Source of the DNA: an uncultured Gemmatimonadales bacterium
GTDB taxonomy: Bacteria; Gemmatimonadota; Gemmatimonadetes; Longimicrobiales; RSA9
DNA: 64,000 nucleotides
Reading direction: 5' to 3'
Assembly: GCA_963798085.1 (NCBI GenBank)
Contig: CAWCRS010000003.1
Location: 1,024,001 to 1,088,000 of the forward strand
In this document: positions 42,223 to 53,075 of the stretch, one piece after another
Position numbering within the stretch: position 1 is the first letter of the stretch
Layout of the letters: the number at the start of each line of letters is the position of its first letter
Translations under genes and position numbers: made by a program
The notes under the pieces: generated by a model
The model's database searches: none
Told to the model about the DNA's origin: nothing
Seen by the model: the letters and a program-made list of their open reading frames with translations, nothing else

Positions 42223-44895
42223 TTATTCGACGCGCAGCAATGTGAGCGGATCCGTGCGCGCGGCGCGGGCCGCGGGCAGGAGCGTGGCGATGGCGACCAC
42301 CAGCAGCAGTGCGCCGCCGGTCACGCCGAAGATGGCGGGCTCGAGGGCGGACATGTGGAACAGCAAGGGGCGGACGCGTGGTCCGCTCAGGGCGGCCAGC
42401 AGCAGGCCGATCAGCACGCCGGCGAGGCCCACGCCCATGCTGTACCCGAGGACATGCGCCAGCAAGCCTGTGGGCCGGGCGCCCAGCGCAATGCGCACAC
42501 CGAATTCGCGCACGCGCTCGTTCACCTGACAGGCGACAACGCCGTACACGCCTACCAGCGCGATCAACAGCGCCAGCGCACCGAAGCTGACGAAGAGCGC
42601 CGCGCCCATGCGATAGGGCTGCAGCGGGCGGGCCAGCAGGTCGCGCATCTCGACAATGCGGGCATCACCTTCCGGCGCCAGCGCCAGCAGGGTGCGGCGC
42701 AGCGCGGGCAGCGCCACGGCGGGGGGCACAGCCAGGCGCACCATTAACGCGCGGTTAGGGGAGAAGTCGGCGCGCTGCGCCAGCGGCAGCCAGATCTGCT
42801 CCTGCATGCCGTCCTCGCCGGCCAGGTCGAACCAGTGGGCGGCGCGCACCACACCCACCACGCGCACGCACCCGGTCCCGCCCTCCACGTGGAAACAGCG
42901 ACCCAGCGGTTCGGCGCCCGGCCACAGCCGTGCGGCCAGGCTGCCGCTGACCAGGGCGACCGCCTCGCTGCCCGGCCCATCCGCGCTGGAGAACAGGCGA
43001 CCGCCGAGCAGGCGCAGCCCCATGGCCTGTGCGTAACCAGGTGTTATCGCGGTGATCGTGATGTTGCCGGCGGAATCGCCGTTCTCGCGCGTCACCTGCA
43101 GCGCGCTGGATGCCCAGAAGGGCAGGCCCGTGGCCACACCGGCATGCGCGACACCCGGCAGCGCCGCGACGCGACGCAGCGCCTGGTCCCAGAAAGCAGC
43201 CAGCTCGGCCGCAGGCGCGGTCGGCGGCAGGTCGCGTGTCACGGCCACCAGATTGTCGGCATCGAAGCCCATGTCGACCGTGAGCGCGCGATGCAGGCTG
43301 GACAGGAACAGACCGGCGAGCACCAGCAGCAGCGTGCACAGCGACACCTGACCGACCAGCAGCAGACGCCGTGTAAGGGAGGGCCGCGGCCCGGTGTCAC
43401 GCAGGCCCGTGCGCAGGCCGGCGAACAGCGCGCCGCTGCGCAAGCGCAGCGCGGGAGTCAGGCTGGTGAGCAGCGTGACCACGACGGTGACGACGAGCGT
43501 GAATGCCAGCACCCGCCCGTCCACGGCACGGCCATACCAGGCGACGCGCGGCAGCAGCAGCCGACGCAGCGTGCTGGAGACCAGCGCGGTCAGCACCAGG
43601 CCGAGCGTGCTGCCGGCCGCCGCGACCAGCAGACCCTCCGCGAGCAGCAGCCGCGTCAGCCGGCCGCGACCGGCACCCAGCGCCATGCGCATGGCGAACT
43701 CGCGCTGCCGCCGCAGCGCACGAATCAGGTAGAGATTCGCCACATTGCTGCACGCGATCAGCAGGACAATGGCAGCCATTGCTAACAGCCACTCGGCGAT
43801 GCGCGCGGCCAGCGCCAGCTCGCCGCTGCCCGATCGCAGTGCGCTGCGCCCGGCAATCAGCGGCCAGAGCAGTACGCGCGCGGGCCGCGCGTCGGCCGGC
43901 AGCGAGGCAAGGGCGCTGCTCACCTGAGCAGCCGCCTGCGCGTGGCTCACGCCTGCAACCAGGCGGCCGACGATGTGCGCGCCGATCCACGAGCGAGGCT
44001 GCGCCCAGCGCGCGCCCACCGAGGGCCAGGCGAGCGCGCTGAACGGCAGGAAGATGTCGGTCGCATCGAGATCGATACCGGCGAAGTCCGCCGGTGTCAC
44101 GCCGATCACCGTGCAGTCGCGATCACCGACCTGAACGCGCCGGCCGAGCACAGCGGGATCGCTGGCGAACGCGCGCTGCCAGAACGCGTGCGTCAGCACG
44201 ATCACGGGCTGTCCCGCCGGCAATGCATCATCGTCATCGAGGAACAGCCGGCCCAGCGCCGGGCGCACGCCCAGCAGCTCGAAATAACGCGGTGTTACAC
44301 CGGTCTCACGCACGCGACGGATGGCGTCGCCGTTGCGCAACCGGCCCTCCACGCTGAAGTAGAGGGCGACCGGGTCGAGGCCGCGTACGTGATCGCGCAG
44401 CAGCTGGTAGTTCTCGTACGTCGTGGCGTCCTCCGGCAGCACGCCGGCCGGCGTGGGCTGCTCGAGGAAGAGGCGCACGACGGCATCGGGCTGGCGTACG
44501 CCAGGCGGCGCGCGCAGCAGCAGGCGGTCGAGCACACCGAACATGGTGGCATTGGCGGCAACACCCAGACCCAGCGTGAGGACCGCAGACGCAGCAAACA
44601 CCGGCTGCCGGCGCAGCGCACGCAGCGCGTGCCGCAGATCGTGCCACAGCCCGCGCACCCGTTCACTGCGGCTTCGCCGGCGGCGGGCACGGCCATCCAT
44701 GCGACAAAGCGCGTCGCGCACCGTCGCGACGTCACCGAATTCCGCGTCCGCCTGCGCCCGCGCCACGGATTCCGCGACGCCACCTGCCATCAGCTCGCGC
44801 ACGCGCTCGGCGAGGTGGAAGCGTACCTCCTCTTCCGCTTCCGCGGCCGCATCGGGCAACCGGAAGAAGCGCTTCCAGCCGGCGATCAGGCGCAT
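42223..44895 (-). CDS. ADOP-type duplicated ABC permease with N-terminal permease-prefix domain
   Basis: EEEVRFHL...AEFGD prefix; [52 protein letters not shown]. Confidence 0.92.
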   Translation of the reverse strand: MRLIAGWKRFFRLPDAAAEAEEEVRFHLAERVRELMAGGVAESVARAQADAEFGDVATVRDALCRMDGRARRRRSRSERVRGLWHDLRHALRALRRQPVFAASAVLTLGLGVAANATMFGVLDRLLLRAPPGVRQPDAVVRLFLEQPTPAGVLPEDATTYENYQLLRDHVRGLDPVALYFSVEGRLRNGDAIRRVRETGVTPRYFELLGVRPALGRLFLDDDDALPAGQPVIVLTHAFWQRAFASDPAVLGRRVQVGDRDCTVIGVTPADFAGIDLDATDIFLPFSALAWPSVGARWAQPRSWIGAHIVGRLVAGVSHAQAAAQVSSALASLPADARPARVLLWPLIAGRSALRSGSGELALAARIAEWLLAMAAIVLLIACSNVANLYLIRALRRQREFAMRMALGAGRGRLTRLLLAEGLLVAAAGSTLGLVLTALVSSTLRRLLLPRVAWYGRAVDGRVLAFTLVVTVVVTLLTSLTPALRLRSGALFAGLRTGLRDTGPRPSLTRRLLLVGQVSLCTLLLVLAGLFLSSLHRALTVDMGFDADNLVAVTRDLPPTAPAAELAAFWDQALRRVAALPGVAHAGVATGLPFWASSALQVTRENGDSAGNITITAITPGYAQAMGLRLLGGRLFSSADGPGSEAVALVSGSLAARLWPGAEPLGRCFHVEGGTGCVRVVGVVRAAHWFDLAGEDGMQEQIWLPLAQRADFSPNRALMVRLAVPPAVALPALRRTLLALAPEGDARIVEMRDLLARPLQPYRMGAALFVSFGALALLIALVGVYGVVACQVNERVREFGVRIALGARPTGLLAHVLGYSMGVGLAGVLIGLLLAALSGPRVRPLLFHMSALEPAIFGVTGGALLLVVAIATLLPAARAARTDPLTLLRVE

Positions 44896-44904
44896 GGGTG
44901 CTCC

Positions 44905-45260
44905 TCAGGGCTCCGGTGTCGCTGGCGTGGCGTTGAGCACGCCCGCCACCGCATCGACGTAACTCTGCCAACCGGCTGCCTGGCTGCGCAGCGCCTTGCG
45001 TCCCGCGGCTGTCAGCTCGTAGAAGCGGGCGCGCTTGCCCTGGTCCAGATGCCCCATTCCGATTCCACGAGGTCGCGCGCCTCCAGCCGGTGCAGCGCCG
45101 TGTACAGCGCGCCATCGAGCACGCGGAATCGACCGGCCGAACCGTTACGGATGAAGCGCGCGATGGCGTAGCCGTGGGCCGGTCCGAAGGAGAGGGCGCG
45201 GAGCACGAGCACATCGAGCGTGCCCTGCAGCATGTCGAGGTCCTGCGCGCGAGGGGTCAT
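44905..45260 (-). CDS. PadR family regulator (Acidobacterial type), 1-nt deletion near 45045
   Basis: LQGTLDVLVLRAL, HGYAIA, GALYTALHRLE, ESEWG | DQGKRARFYELTAAGRKAL in the next frame; stop TGA at 44905. Confidence 0.9.
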
Positions 45261-45268
45261 GGGAGGAA

Positions 45269-45306
45269 AGTATAGCCTCAACAATTGATTCAATCAAGTG
45301 TTGAGG
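45269..45306 (-). promoter_or_regulatory. Sigma70 promoter of padR overlapped by a 31-bp palindromic operator
   Basis: Minus strand TTGATT-17 bp-TATACT, ATG 8 nt downstream; palindrome CCTCAACAATTGATT-C-AATCAAGTGTTGAGG (45276-45306, 14/15 matches). Confidence 0.8.
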
Positions 45307-45571
45307 TAATGACTCTACTGACCTTCACCGCGGATGGCGCTGAAAGCCGCAGAGAACAGACTCTTTCGAAGACGGACGAACAGAAGTCATTGCAGCGGAG
45401 GATTCGTTTCGCCGGTGAGAATATGCGGGGCAACGAATCACGGATTCTGTCACCCGGAGGCGCGCAGGCGCGGAGGTGCGGAGGCGTGGGGCGCATCACG
45501 CGGGCGGGGCGGGATCACTTCACCAGCGTGTATCGATGCACTGGAGGTCGCGGGCTCGAGGTGGTCAGTGA

Positions 45572-46030
45572 TCAGAAGGCCAGGGCGAGCATGACGGTGG
45601 TCTGGCGGCCGGGTGTTGTGCGCAGCTGCAGCCGGCGAGGTGGCATGGACCGCTGTTCGTCGTGATGGATGGCGCCGCCGATGATGGCACCGAGGCCCGC
45701 GCCCGCGGCGCCGCCGAGCAGCACGAGGCCGGCGCATTCGCGTGAGTCCAGTGCGTCCTGGTTTCTGGAGCGGTCGCACAGGCTGTTGGAGCCGCCCCGG
45801 TTCGTCACGACCCAGGTGGCGCCCGCGCCGACGAAGAAGCCGGTGACGGCGCCCAGCAGGCGGTGCGAGTGGCTGGCGCGGCTCAGGTTCAGGCGGAATG
45901 GCTGGGCGGGGGAACTGGCAGCGGCCATTGCTAACGGCGTGACAGGCGCCTGGGCGACCGCGCGCATGGGCAGTAGCGCCAGCGCAAGGACGGGCGCCAT
46001 CCACGGCAGCCACCGACCCAACCATCGCAT
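45572..46030 (-). CDS. Secreted/membrane hypothetical protein with glycine-zipper-like helices
   Basis: Signal peptide; LLGAVTGFFVGAG and GGAAGAGLGAIIGG with an intervening Cys pair. Confidence 0.65.
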   Translation of the reverse strand: MRWLGRWLPWMAPVLALALLPMRAVAQAPVTPLAMAAASSPAQPFRLNLSRASHSHRLLGAVTGFFVGAGATWVVTNRGGSNSLCDRSRNQDALDSRECAGLVLLGGAAGAGLGAIIGGAIHHDEQRSMPPRRLQLRTTPGRQTTVMLALAF

Positions 46031-46375
46031 TGTGCCGTCGCGGACTCCGGCCCGCGCGCAAAGCGGACGGAACGACATCACGGAACGACCGCCTGGCATC
46101 ATTTTCTGCACCCTTTCACGCTGCTGGTGCTCCCACTGACAACTGCATCGATACCCTCCGAAGCCGAAGAAGACGTGCAGCCGACCCTTCGCGTTTCACC
46201 GAGTCTCCATTCGGCATGCCGCAGGCGAGTCAGGGTGGTCGAGGCGGACTCACCAACAGGCAGAGGACCGCCCGCGGCTGCGCGGGTGTTGGACTACACC
46301 GGGGTCGTGCGTTTCGCCAGTGTCGGGGCTCAGCGCGGGCGCGATGATGGGCCGAGTCGCATGCGGAGGAGAGCA

Positions 46376-47707
46376 ATGCGCGGCTTACGAGCATTCCTGT
46401 GTGTCAGCGTGCTGGCCGCGATGAGCGCACGTGGCGCATCAGCCCAACTGCCGGATAGCGTGGCGGTTCAGGGCGTTGCCGCGCTCAACGAGTTCGAGCA
46501 CGTGTGCAAGGATCCGGTCGCGGCGCTCTGGCGACTCTCGCTTTGCGGCGCGATCGTGCTGGTCGACCCGGATACGCGCGCCTTTCTGGCCAATCGACAA
46601 CCGTCCGCCGGAACATTCGCCAAACGGGGCAATTTCTACACCGGCATTCTGTCCGGCGATGTCGTGATCGCCAATACGGCGACCGGGTGGGGAACACAGC
46701 GGTGGACAATGGTGATGCTCCCGCTGCCGGATGATCCTTTCGACCGCACGCGGCTGCTGATCCACGAGGCCTTTCACCGGATTCAGCCGGAGCTCGATCT
46801 GCCTGCGTTCAATGTGATGATTCCGCAACTGGAGGAACGTGATGCACGCTACTGGGTGCGTCTCGAGTTGCGGGCATTGAGCGCGGCGCAACTGGACAGC
46901 GGCGATGAGCGGGCGCGGCAGGCGGCGGCCAATGCCCTGCTGTTCCGCGCGGTCCGGCACCGCGAGTACCCGGGCATCGACACGCTGGAGGCGGCGCTCG
47001 AACTGAACGAAGGGCTGGCCGAGTACTCGGGCATGGTGGTGGCGGGTCGAATTCACCACGTCTCCAACCATGCGCTGGCGCAAACCGCAATGACCTCGCT
47101 CGAGCGTCGTGCAACCTTCGTTCGCTCGTATGCCTACGGGACAGGGCCGCTGCTGGGACTCGCGCTCGATCGGTTCGCGCCCGCGTGGCGCAACACCATC
47201 GCTTCGACACGATCACTTTCTGCCGCCCTGGCGGGGGCGATCGACTGGACCGAACCGGCATCACTCGCGGAACAGGCACGCGCCCGCGCATCCGCCTACG
47301 ATGGAGCTGTCATTGCCGAAGAAGAAGACCGTCGAGCGCAGGCTCGGGCCCTGCAGCTGGCGGGCTACAGAGCGCGATTGATCGACGGACCGGTTCTCAT
47401 CCTGCATCAGCGTGGTCTGGGTGGCGGCTTCAATCCGAATACCATCATTCCGCTTGGTGATGCGGGTCTTGTCTATCCCAGCCGCACGGTGTTCGCCGAG
47501 TGGGGAGAACTAACGGTGGATTCGGGCGGGCTGCTCGTCGCCAATGATCGGACGCTGGCGTACGTGACCGCCGAGGGGCTTCAGCTCAATGCCGGCACGG
47601 CCACGGGGAACGGCTGGGCGTTGAAGCTGGCGCCGGGGTGGACGATCCGACGCGGCGCGCGCAGCGGTGATTTCGAGTTGGTTCAAGGGAGCACGCCGGC
47701 GCGATAA
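46376..47707 (+). CDS. Secreted zincin-like protein (HExxH)
   Basis: RBS GGAGGAG; signal peptide ASA-Q; LIHEAFHRIQ and downstream NEGLAEY. Confidence 0.75.
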   Translation: MRGLRAFLCVSVLAAMSARGASAQLPDSVAVQGVAALNEFEHVCKDPVAALWRLSLCGAIVLVDPDTRAFLANRQPSAGTFAKRGNFYTGILSGDVVIANTATGWGTQRWTMVMLPLPDDPFDRTRLLIHEAFHRIQPELDLPAFNVMIPQLEERDARYWVRLELRALSAAQLDSGDERARQAAANALLFRAVRHREYPGIDTLEAALELNEGLAEYSGMVVAGRIHHVSNHALAQTAMTSLERRATFVRSYAYGTGPLLGLALDRFAPAWRNTIASTRSLSAALAGAIDWTEPASLAEQARARASAYDGAVIAEEEDRRAQARALQLAGYRARLIDGPVLILHQRGLGGGFNPNTIIPLGDAGLVYPSRTVFAEWGELTVDSGGLLVANDRTLAYVTAEGLQLNAGTATGNGWALKLAPGWTIRRGARSGDFELVQGSTPAR

Positions 47708-47841
47708 GTCCTTTCAGCTCAACCCGCGCACCATTTGCCGCCGTTGGGCGTTCCCGTGAAGTCGCAGACGATCGTGCCCGGGTCGCTTCCGGCTGACTCG
47801 CCTCCGACTGCTGAACAAGCGTATCGCTGTATCCCGGCGGC

Positions 47842-49470
47842 TCAGTGTGCCCATGCCGTGCTGGCGCCGGCGGGCATGTGCTGCAGACCGTAACGCGCCA
47901 TCTCGCGCAGCCGCTCGGGTGTGCCCACGCTGCCGCTGTAGCAGTGCGGGCGGAAGAGGCCGTACTCGATGTAGGGCTCGTAGTGCGGGTTCTGCGTGGT
48001 CTTCATCCAGGCTTCCAGCTGGCGCACGGCTACGTCGAGGTAATAGGTGTCCATCGAGCCGGCGTAAATGTGGAGTTTGTCCACCAGCTTCGGTCCGAGT
48101 GTGGTCCAGTTGCGCTTCAGGTGCTCGAGCAGGTCGAAGTTATCCTTCCAGTACTGCGCGACGGTGTGATCGATCTTCCCGGTTCGCTTGTCGAACACGG
48201 GCTTGAAGTACCCGTCGTCGCCCATGGGTCCGTACACGGCTTCCCAGATGTCCTGCTGCTCGCCGGAGCGGCCGTGGGTGCCCGAGACCAGCTCGAAGTA
48301 GTTGCGCTGGCGCGAGGTGGTGCGGATGCCGCCATCGGTTTCGCGCGAGTTGGGGATGGGCACGGTGATCCAGCCGCGCGTTCGTTCGTAGGCGTTGTCG
48401 TCCTGGTAGAGGTTGTAGCCTTCGACATTGGTGAAGGTCACCGGATCGGGGCAGTAGGACCAGGTGCCGCCGAAGAAATCCGGATGGAAGATCTGCAGCG
48501 CGAGGGATTCCCAGCCGCCGGTGGAGCCGCCCGAGAGCCAGCGCGCCCAGGGCTGCCGGATCACACGGAATCGCTTCTCCACTTCCGGAATCAGCTCCTG
48601 GAGCAGGGCATCGCCATAGGGTCCGACGTTCACGGAGTTGACGGCGTAGGAGTCGTCGAAATACGGCGTGGGATGCTGGAACGTGACCACGACGACGCGC
48701 GGGAAGCCGTCATTCCGCCACTGCTGTCCTAACTCGTTGTTTTCGCTGAAGCCCAGCGGCGGGCGCAGCGAGAAGTGACCCTGATCGTAGAGCACGGGAT
48801 AGTGCGTCGTGTCGCTGTCGTAGCCGCGTGGCAGCAACACCGTAGCGCCCAGGTAGATGGGCCGGCCCCAGAACTTTGTCAGCATGGGGCTCTGAATGCG
48901 GAAGCGCTTCACGTATGCGTTGTCCGGCGGTACCTGCACGGGAGGGATCACATGCGTGGCGGTCAGGTCGACGCTCCAGCCCTGTGCGGGGTCCAGGTGC
49001 ACCTTGAGCGGGTCGCTGTACAGGTTGCCCGGTGATGTGCGCCACTGCTGGCCCTCCCACTGGTCGTCGTGCATCCAGAGGACCTTGTCATCCGCACGTT
49101 GGAACTCCGAGTAGCGGTTGACGAAGCCCTGCACCCAGTAATCGCCGGCGGGCAGCATGGCCATGCTGTCGAGCGGGAAGCCGAGGTCGCTGCCATCGAT
49201 CGTTCCATAGTCGCCAGCGGCGAGGCGCTCGACATCACGGCCGAAGAAGGGAATCCCGGTGCGCCCGACCTGTAGCCGCGGCTCGCGATCGTTCGTCTTC
49301 GAGATCATCACGTAGACGCGACCCGTGATCGGCTCGGCAACGGTGCCCGTGCCGGCGCGCACGCGAAAGCGCATGTGCGAGGCCTGGGCGAGGCCGGTTG
49401 CGGGCGCAAGGCCGAGGAGCAGCGCGCAGAGCGCGAACGGGATCGTCGGGGCGGCGGGTGCGGGTCGCAT
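47842..49470 (-). CDS. Secreted alpha/beta-hydrolase (putative esterase family)
   Basis: Signal peptide; ATVLLPRGY, YPVLY, GPYGDALLQELIPEVE, GGSTGGW nucleophile elbow. Confidence 0.85.
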   Translation of the reverse strand: MRPAPAAPTIPFALCALLLGLAPATGLAQASHMRFRVRAGTGTVAEPITGRVYVMISKTNDREPRLQVGRTGIPFFGRDVERLAAGDYGTIDGSDLGFPLDSMAMLPAGDYWVQGFVNRYSEFQRADDKVLWMHDDQWEGQQWRTSPGNLYSDPLKVHLDPAQGWSVDLTATHVIPPVQVPPDNAYVKRFRIQSPMLTKFWGRPIYLGATVLLPRGYDSDTTHYPVLYDQGHFSLRPPLGFSENNELGQQWRNDGFPRVVVVTFQHPTPYFDDSYAVNSVNVGPYGDALLQELIPEVEKRFRVIRQPWARWLSGGSTGGWESLALQIFHPDFFGGTWSYCPDPVTFTNVEGYNLYQDDNAYERTRGWITVPIPNSRETDGGIRTTSRQRNYFELVSGTHGRSGEQQDIWEAVYGPMGDDGYFKPVFDKRTGKIDHTVAQYWKDNFDLLEHLKRNWTTLGPKLVDKLHIYAGSMDTYYLDVAVRQLEAWMKTTQNPHYEPYIEYGLFRPHCYSGSVGTPERLREMARYGLQHMPAGASTAWAH

Positions 49471-49829
49471 GATCGTGGCGTCCTTGAATGGGTTCGGAAT
49501 GGGTGAGCATGCGGCAGGGCGGGAAACGAGGCAAGCGGGGGGGACGCGTAATGCGAGCGTGAGTCCACCGACAATCTGATTTCGATACTCGCTCGAATCA
49601 CCGCGCAACCGTTTGATCAGCCAGCAAACGGCCAGTGACGCGCTGACAACGAACGGTCACCGTGAGATTGACAATAGGTGTTGACACGGCCCGTTCTCGA
49701 GGCGCCTCGCTGAGTATCGTCCATGATCCTCCTCGCGACGATCAGACGTCAAGCAACGTAGAAGGCAGGGCACAACCGAAACCAGGCTGCGACGGTCCCC
49801 TTCATCGCACGCTCCTGTTCAGCGCGGCT

Positions 49830-49892
49830 GCCTGACGCTCCGGTTCCGCGGCGGGCCGCGGAGCGGACGTCCACTCGAACCGGTTGTTAGGC
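49830..49892 (-). mobile_element. Lone integron attC-like site (63 bp)
   Basis: Minus strand GCCTAAC-AACCG-GTTCGAGT...GCGGAAC-CGGAGC-GTCAGGC fits the R''-L''...L'-R' layout; R' has one mismatch to GTTRRRY. Confidence 0.6.
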
Positions 49893-49942
49893 GGCGCACG
49901 CAGGCACCAGAGAAACTGCCACCCGGGATCGGCGGGCGGCGC

Positions 49943-51535
49943 TCAGACCACCACCTCCGGCTCCAACCCGGCAGGCGACGCCACGGCTTCCTCCGGCCCG
50001 CCCAGGTAGTCCTCCGGTGCCGTCTCATCCGGGCCGCGCTCGGCGCCCAGGAGGTCCAGCAGCAGCGTGGCGGCCAGCACGACCGCGATGTTGAGGAGCA
50101 CCGAGTAGAACGCCGCGTAGCCGGGGATGGTCAGGCCACCGATGTGGAGCGGGTAGATCGAGCTCTGGAACCGCTGCGCGGCGGCCATGGCGGTGCCGGT
50201 CACAATGCCGACGAGCCAGCCGGCGACGAGCGCCCTGGCGTGAAACCAGCGGGTGAAGAGGCCGCCGACGAGTGCGGGCAGCGTCTGGATGATCCACACG
50301 CCGCCGAGCAGCTGCAGCTGGATGGCGTACTGCGTGGGCAGGAAGATGATGAAGGCGAGCGCGCCGAGCTTGAGCACGAGCGAAATGTTCTTGGCGGCGC
50401 GCGCCTCCGCAGCGCCGTCCAGCGAGCGGTTGAACCAGTCGCGATAGACGTTGCGCGTGAAGAGGTTGGCGGACGCAATGGACATGATGGCGGCGGGCAC
50501 CAGCGCGCCGATGGCGACGGCGGCGAACGCGACACCCACGAACCAGCTGGGGAACTGGTCGAGGAACAGCGCCGGCACGGCGAAGTTCGGGCCGTAGCGC
50601 GCGAAGTACGGGGCGTAGGCCGGATTCGTGTTCACGTGCGCGGCGAAGGCCATGTAGCCGAGCAGCGCGATCAACGCGAGCGCCACCGAGTAGGCGGGCA
50701 GGAGCGACATGTTGCGCTTGATCACGCGGCGGCTGCTGGCGCTGAGCAGCCCGGTCAAGGCGTGCGGGTACAGGAAGAGCGCGAGCGCGGAGCCGAGCGC
50801 GAGCGTGATGTACGCGCTGAAGTTGCCCGGGCTGCCGGCGGCGGGCGGTGCGAGCAGCAGCCTCTCGCGCGGGATCGCGTGGAAGATGGCGCCGTAGCCG
50901 CCCAGGTGCGCGGGGACCACGATCACGGCGGCGATCACGGTGACGTAGATCAGCACGTCCTTCACGAGCGCGATGAGCGCGGGCGCGCGCAGCCCCGAGC
51001 TATACGTGTACGCCGCGAGGATCGCGAAGGCGATGACCAGCGGGATGTCGCCGGCGAGGCCGGTGGCGTGGAAGCCGAGCCCGGCGATCACGACCTCAAT
51101 GCCCACGAGCTGGAGCGCGATGTAGGGCAGGGTCGCGATCATCCCGGTGATCGCTACGGCCAGCGACAGCGTGGGGCTGCCGAAGCGCCCGGTCACGAAA
51201 TCCGAGGCCGTGATGTAGCCGTGCCGGTGCGAGACCGACCAGAGCCGGGGGAAAACCAGGAACACGAATGGGTAGACGAGCAGTGTGTAGGGCACCGCGA
51301 AGAAGCCGATCGCGCCCGCACCGAACACGAGCGCGGGCACGGCAATCAGCGTGTAGGCGGTGTAGAGGTCGCCGCCCAGCAGGAACCATGTGACCACGGT
51401 GCCGAAGCGGCGCCCCGCCAGTCCCCACTCGTCCAGTCGGTTCAGGTCGCCGCGGCGCCACCGTGCGGCCACGAAGCCGAGCACCGTGACGAGCGCGAAG
51501 AGCAGGACAAAGACCGTCGTCGCCATCCAGTTCAT
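49943..51535 (-). CDS. mctP: Sodium:solute symporter, monocarboxylate permease MctP-like
   Basis: EWGLAGRRFG, WFLLGGDLYTAYT, GALVPAAIMSIASANLFTRN, QLLGGVWIIQT; many TM helices. Confidence 0.88.
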   Translation of the reverse strand: MNWMATTVFVLLFALVTVLGFVAARWRRGDLNRLDEWGLAGRRFGTVVTWFLLGGDLYTAYTLIAVPALVFGAGAIGFFAVPYTLLVYPFVFLVFPRLWSVSHRHGYITASDFVTGRFGSPTLSLAVAITGMIATLPYIALQLVGIEVVIAGLGFHATGLAGDIPLVIAFAILAAYTYSSGLRAPALIALVKDVLIYVTVIAAVIVVPAHLGGYGAIFHAIPRERLLLAPPAAGSPGNFSAYITLALGSALALFLYPHALTGLLSASSRRVIKRNMSLLPAYSVALALIALLGYMAFAAHVNTNPAYAPYFARYGPNFAVPALFLDQFPSWFVGVAFAAVAIGALVPAAIMSIASANLFTRNVYRDWFNRSLDGAAEARAAKNISLVLKLGALAFIIFLPTQYAIQLQLLGGVWIIQTLPALVGGLFTRWFHARALVAGWLVGIVTGTAMAAAQRFQSSIYPLHIGGLTIPGYAAFYSVLLNIAVVLAATLLLDLLGAERGPDETAPEDYLGGPEEAVASPAGLEPEVVV

Positions 51536-51544
51536 GGAGGCCCC

Positions 51545-51754
51545 CTACACGCCGAGACGGTAGGCGACGGCGGTCGCCAGAACAGCCACTGCGATCCACA
51601 CCATCTGGAACCAGTAGAAGAACGGCACGCCGCCGAGGCTCGGCTCGGTGCGGTTGTAGAGCGGTACCCAGAGGGCGACCGCGGAGGTGGCCAGGAAAGA
51701 GATGTAGACCAGCCAGCGCCGCCAGCGGGCGGGACGTCGGGACGGTGACGGCAT
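51545..51754 (-). CDS. DUF3311-type small membrane partner of the symporter
   Basis: LWVPLYNRTEPSLGGVPFFYWFQMVW directly upstream of the symporter. Confidence 0.85.
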   Translation of the reverse strand: MPSPSRRPARWRRWLVYISFLATSAVALWVPLYNRTEPSLGGVPFFYWFQMVWIAVAVLATAVAYRLGV

Positions 51755-52248
51755 CCGCTTCCTCCGTTGCTGTGGTTGGGTGGTGATGCGTGCTGCCGAC
51801 GCGCGCGACTCGGGGGCGAACTCGATGGCCGCGATCTACGTCTTGCCGCCGACAGTCTGCCTGTTGTCCTCGGCTCGCGCAACGCGCGCGCAATCCGAAG
51901 ATCTCTCGCGTCGCGTCAATGCCGTGTGTTCCCGTCGCTGCAACCGAACCGTATAAGAGCGCGGACCCGGGCTCCGCGCAAACTTCATGCGGCGGGAAGG
52001 GGGACGCGGTCCGGCGTGCCGTGGATAATGCCGACGAGCGTCTTCCTGCAACCGCGCTGAACGGCGACCCTGGTCACCTTGTCGCGCCGCTCACTCCGGA
52101 CGCGATTGCGGACGCGGCACTTGCGCGCGTCAACCAACGTGAATTGTCGAGGCCATGGCATCCGCACTTGCCAGGAAGACGTCACACTGCCGCGGCCGCA
52201 ACGAGCACGCGATAATGCGGAGTTAATATGGAGATCGTCTGTGGAAGG

Positions 52249-52776
52249 CTACTTCTGACAAACGAGTGTCATTTCCACGTCGACTTTTCTGCCCTTGCTC
52301 GCCGTTCCCCTGACGATCAGGGAGTCGGCGCCATTCGAAGTCCTGACGCGGGTCGCTGTTCCGGGCTCGTTGTATTGTGGCTGATTGGCGCGAATGACAT
52401 ACGCAGGCGGCGTCCCGTTCTGCCCTACGCGAATTCCGACCGACAGATAGAAGCTGCTGACGGTGGTGCCGCTCTTGAGCGTATCGGCGTCAAAATTCAC
52501 TGACGTAACCGCAATCGTCGCGGTGTCATCGGGAAAGGTGACCGCGAACGAATTCGCACGGTGCGGATAGCCGTAATCCGCCAGGCCGCATTTGGTGGAG
52601 ACGCCTGACGCACGGTAGACACCGTTGTAAGCAGTATCGGGATCCCTGGAGATCGTCACCGTCACCGTGGTCGGCCGCAGCATCGTGCTGTCGGTGGTTT
52701 GCGCGTTTGCGGACCCGACCGTGCCGGTCAAGCCGATGAGGCACAACACCACTCGTCCTGCCACCGATTGCGGCAT
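52249..52776 (-). CDS. Secreted hypothetical protein
   Basis: RBS GAGGAGG; signal peptide ANA-Q; beta-rich with a Cys pair. Confidence 0.7.
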   Translation of the reverse strand: MPQSVAGRVVLCLIGLTGTVGSANAQTTDSTMLRPTTVTVTISRDPDTAYNGVYRASGVSTKCGLADYGYPHRANSFAVTFPDDTATIAVTSVNFDADTLKSGTTVSSFYLSVGIRVGQNGTPPAYVIRANQPQYNEPGTATRVRTSNGADSLIVRGTASKGRKVDVEMTLVCQK

Positions 52777-53075
52777 TCATCCTCCTCGTGTGTGAATCGG
52801 GCCTCGACCCATCCGTGATTTACGGGGTCGTCCGATGGAATCGCGTTCGCAGCCGAGTGTACTGGTGCTCGTCGAGTCGTCGCAGCAGGATACGCAACGG
52901 ATCCGGACCGCCGGTGGCTCGCAGGGACAGGCTCGCGTCGCAAGGTGCCGTGTCGGCTCGCAGCGTGCTCCGATGCCGTCGTCAGAGGCCGGGGCATTGC
53001 CTGCCGTGATGGAAGGGTTTCAGCACGCGCTGCCGCGAGAATGAGACTGCGCCCGCGGCTCCCGCGGTGCGGAGT

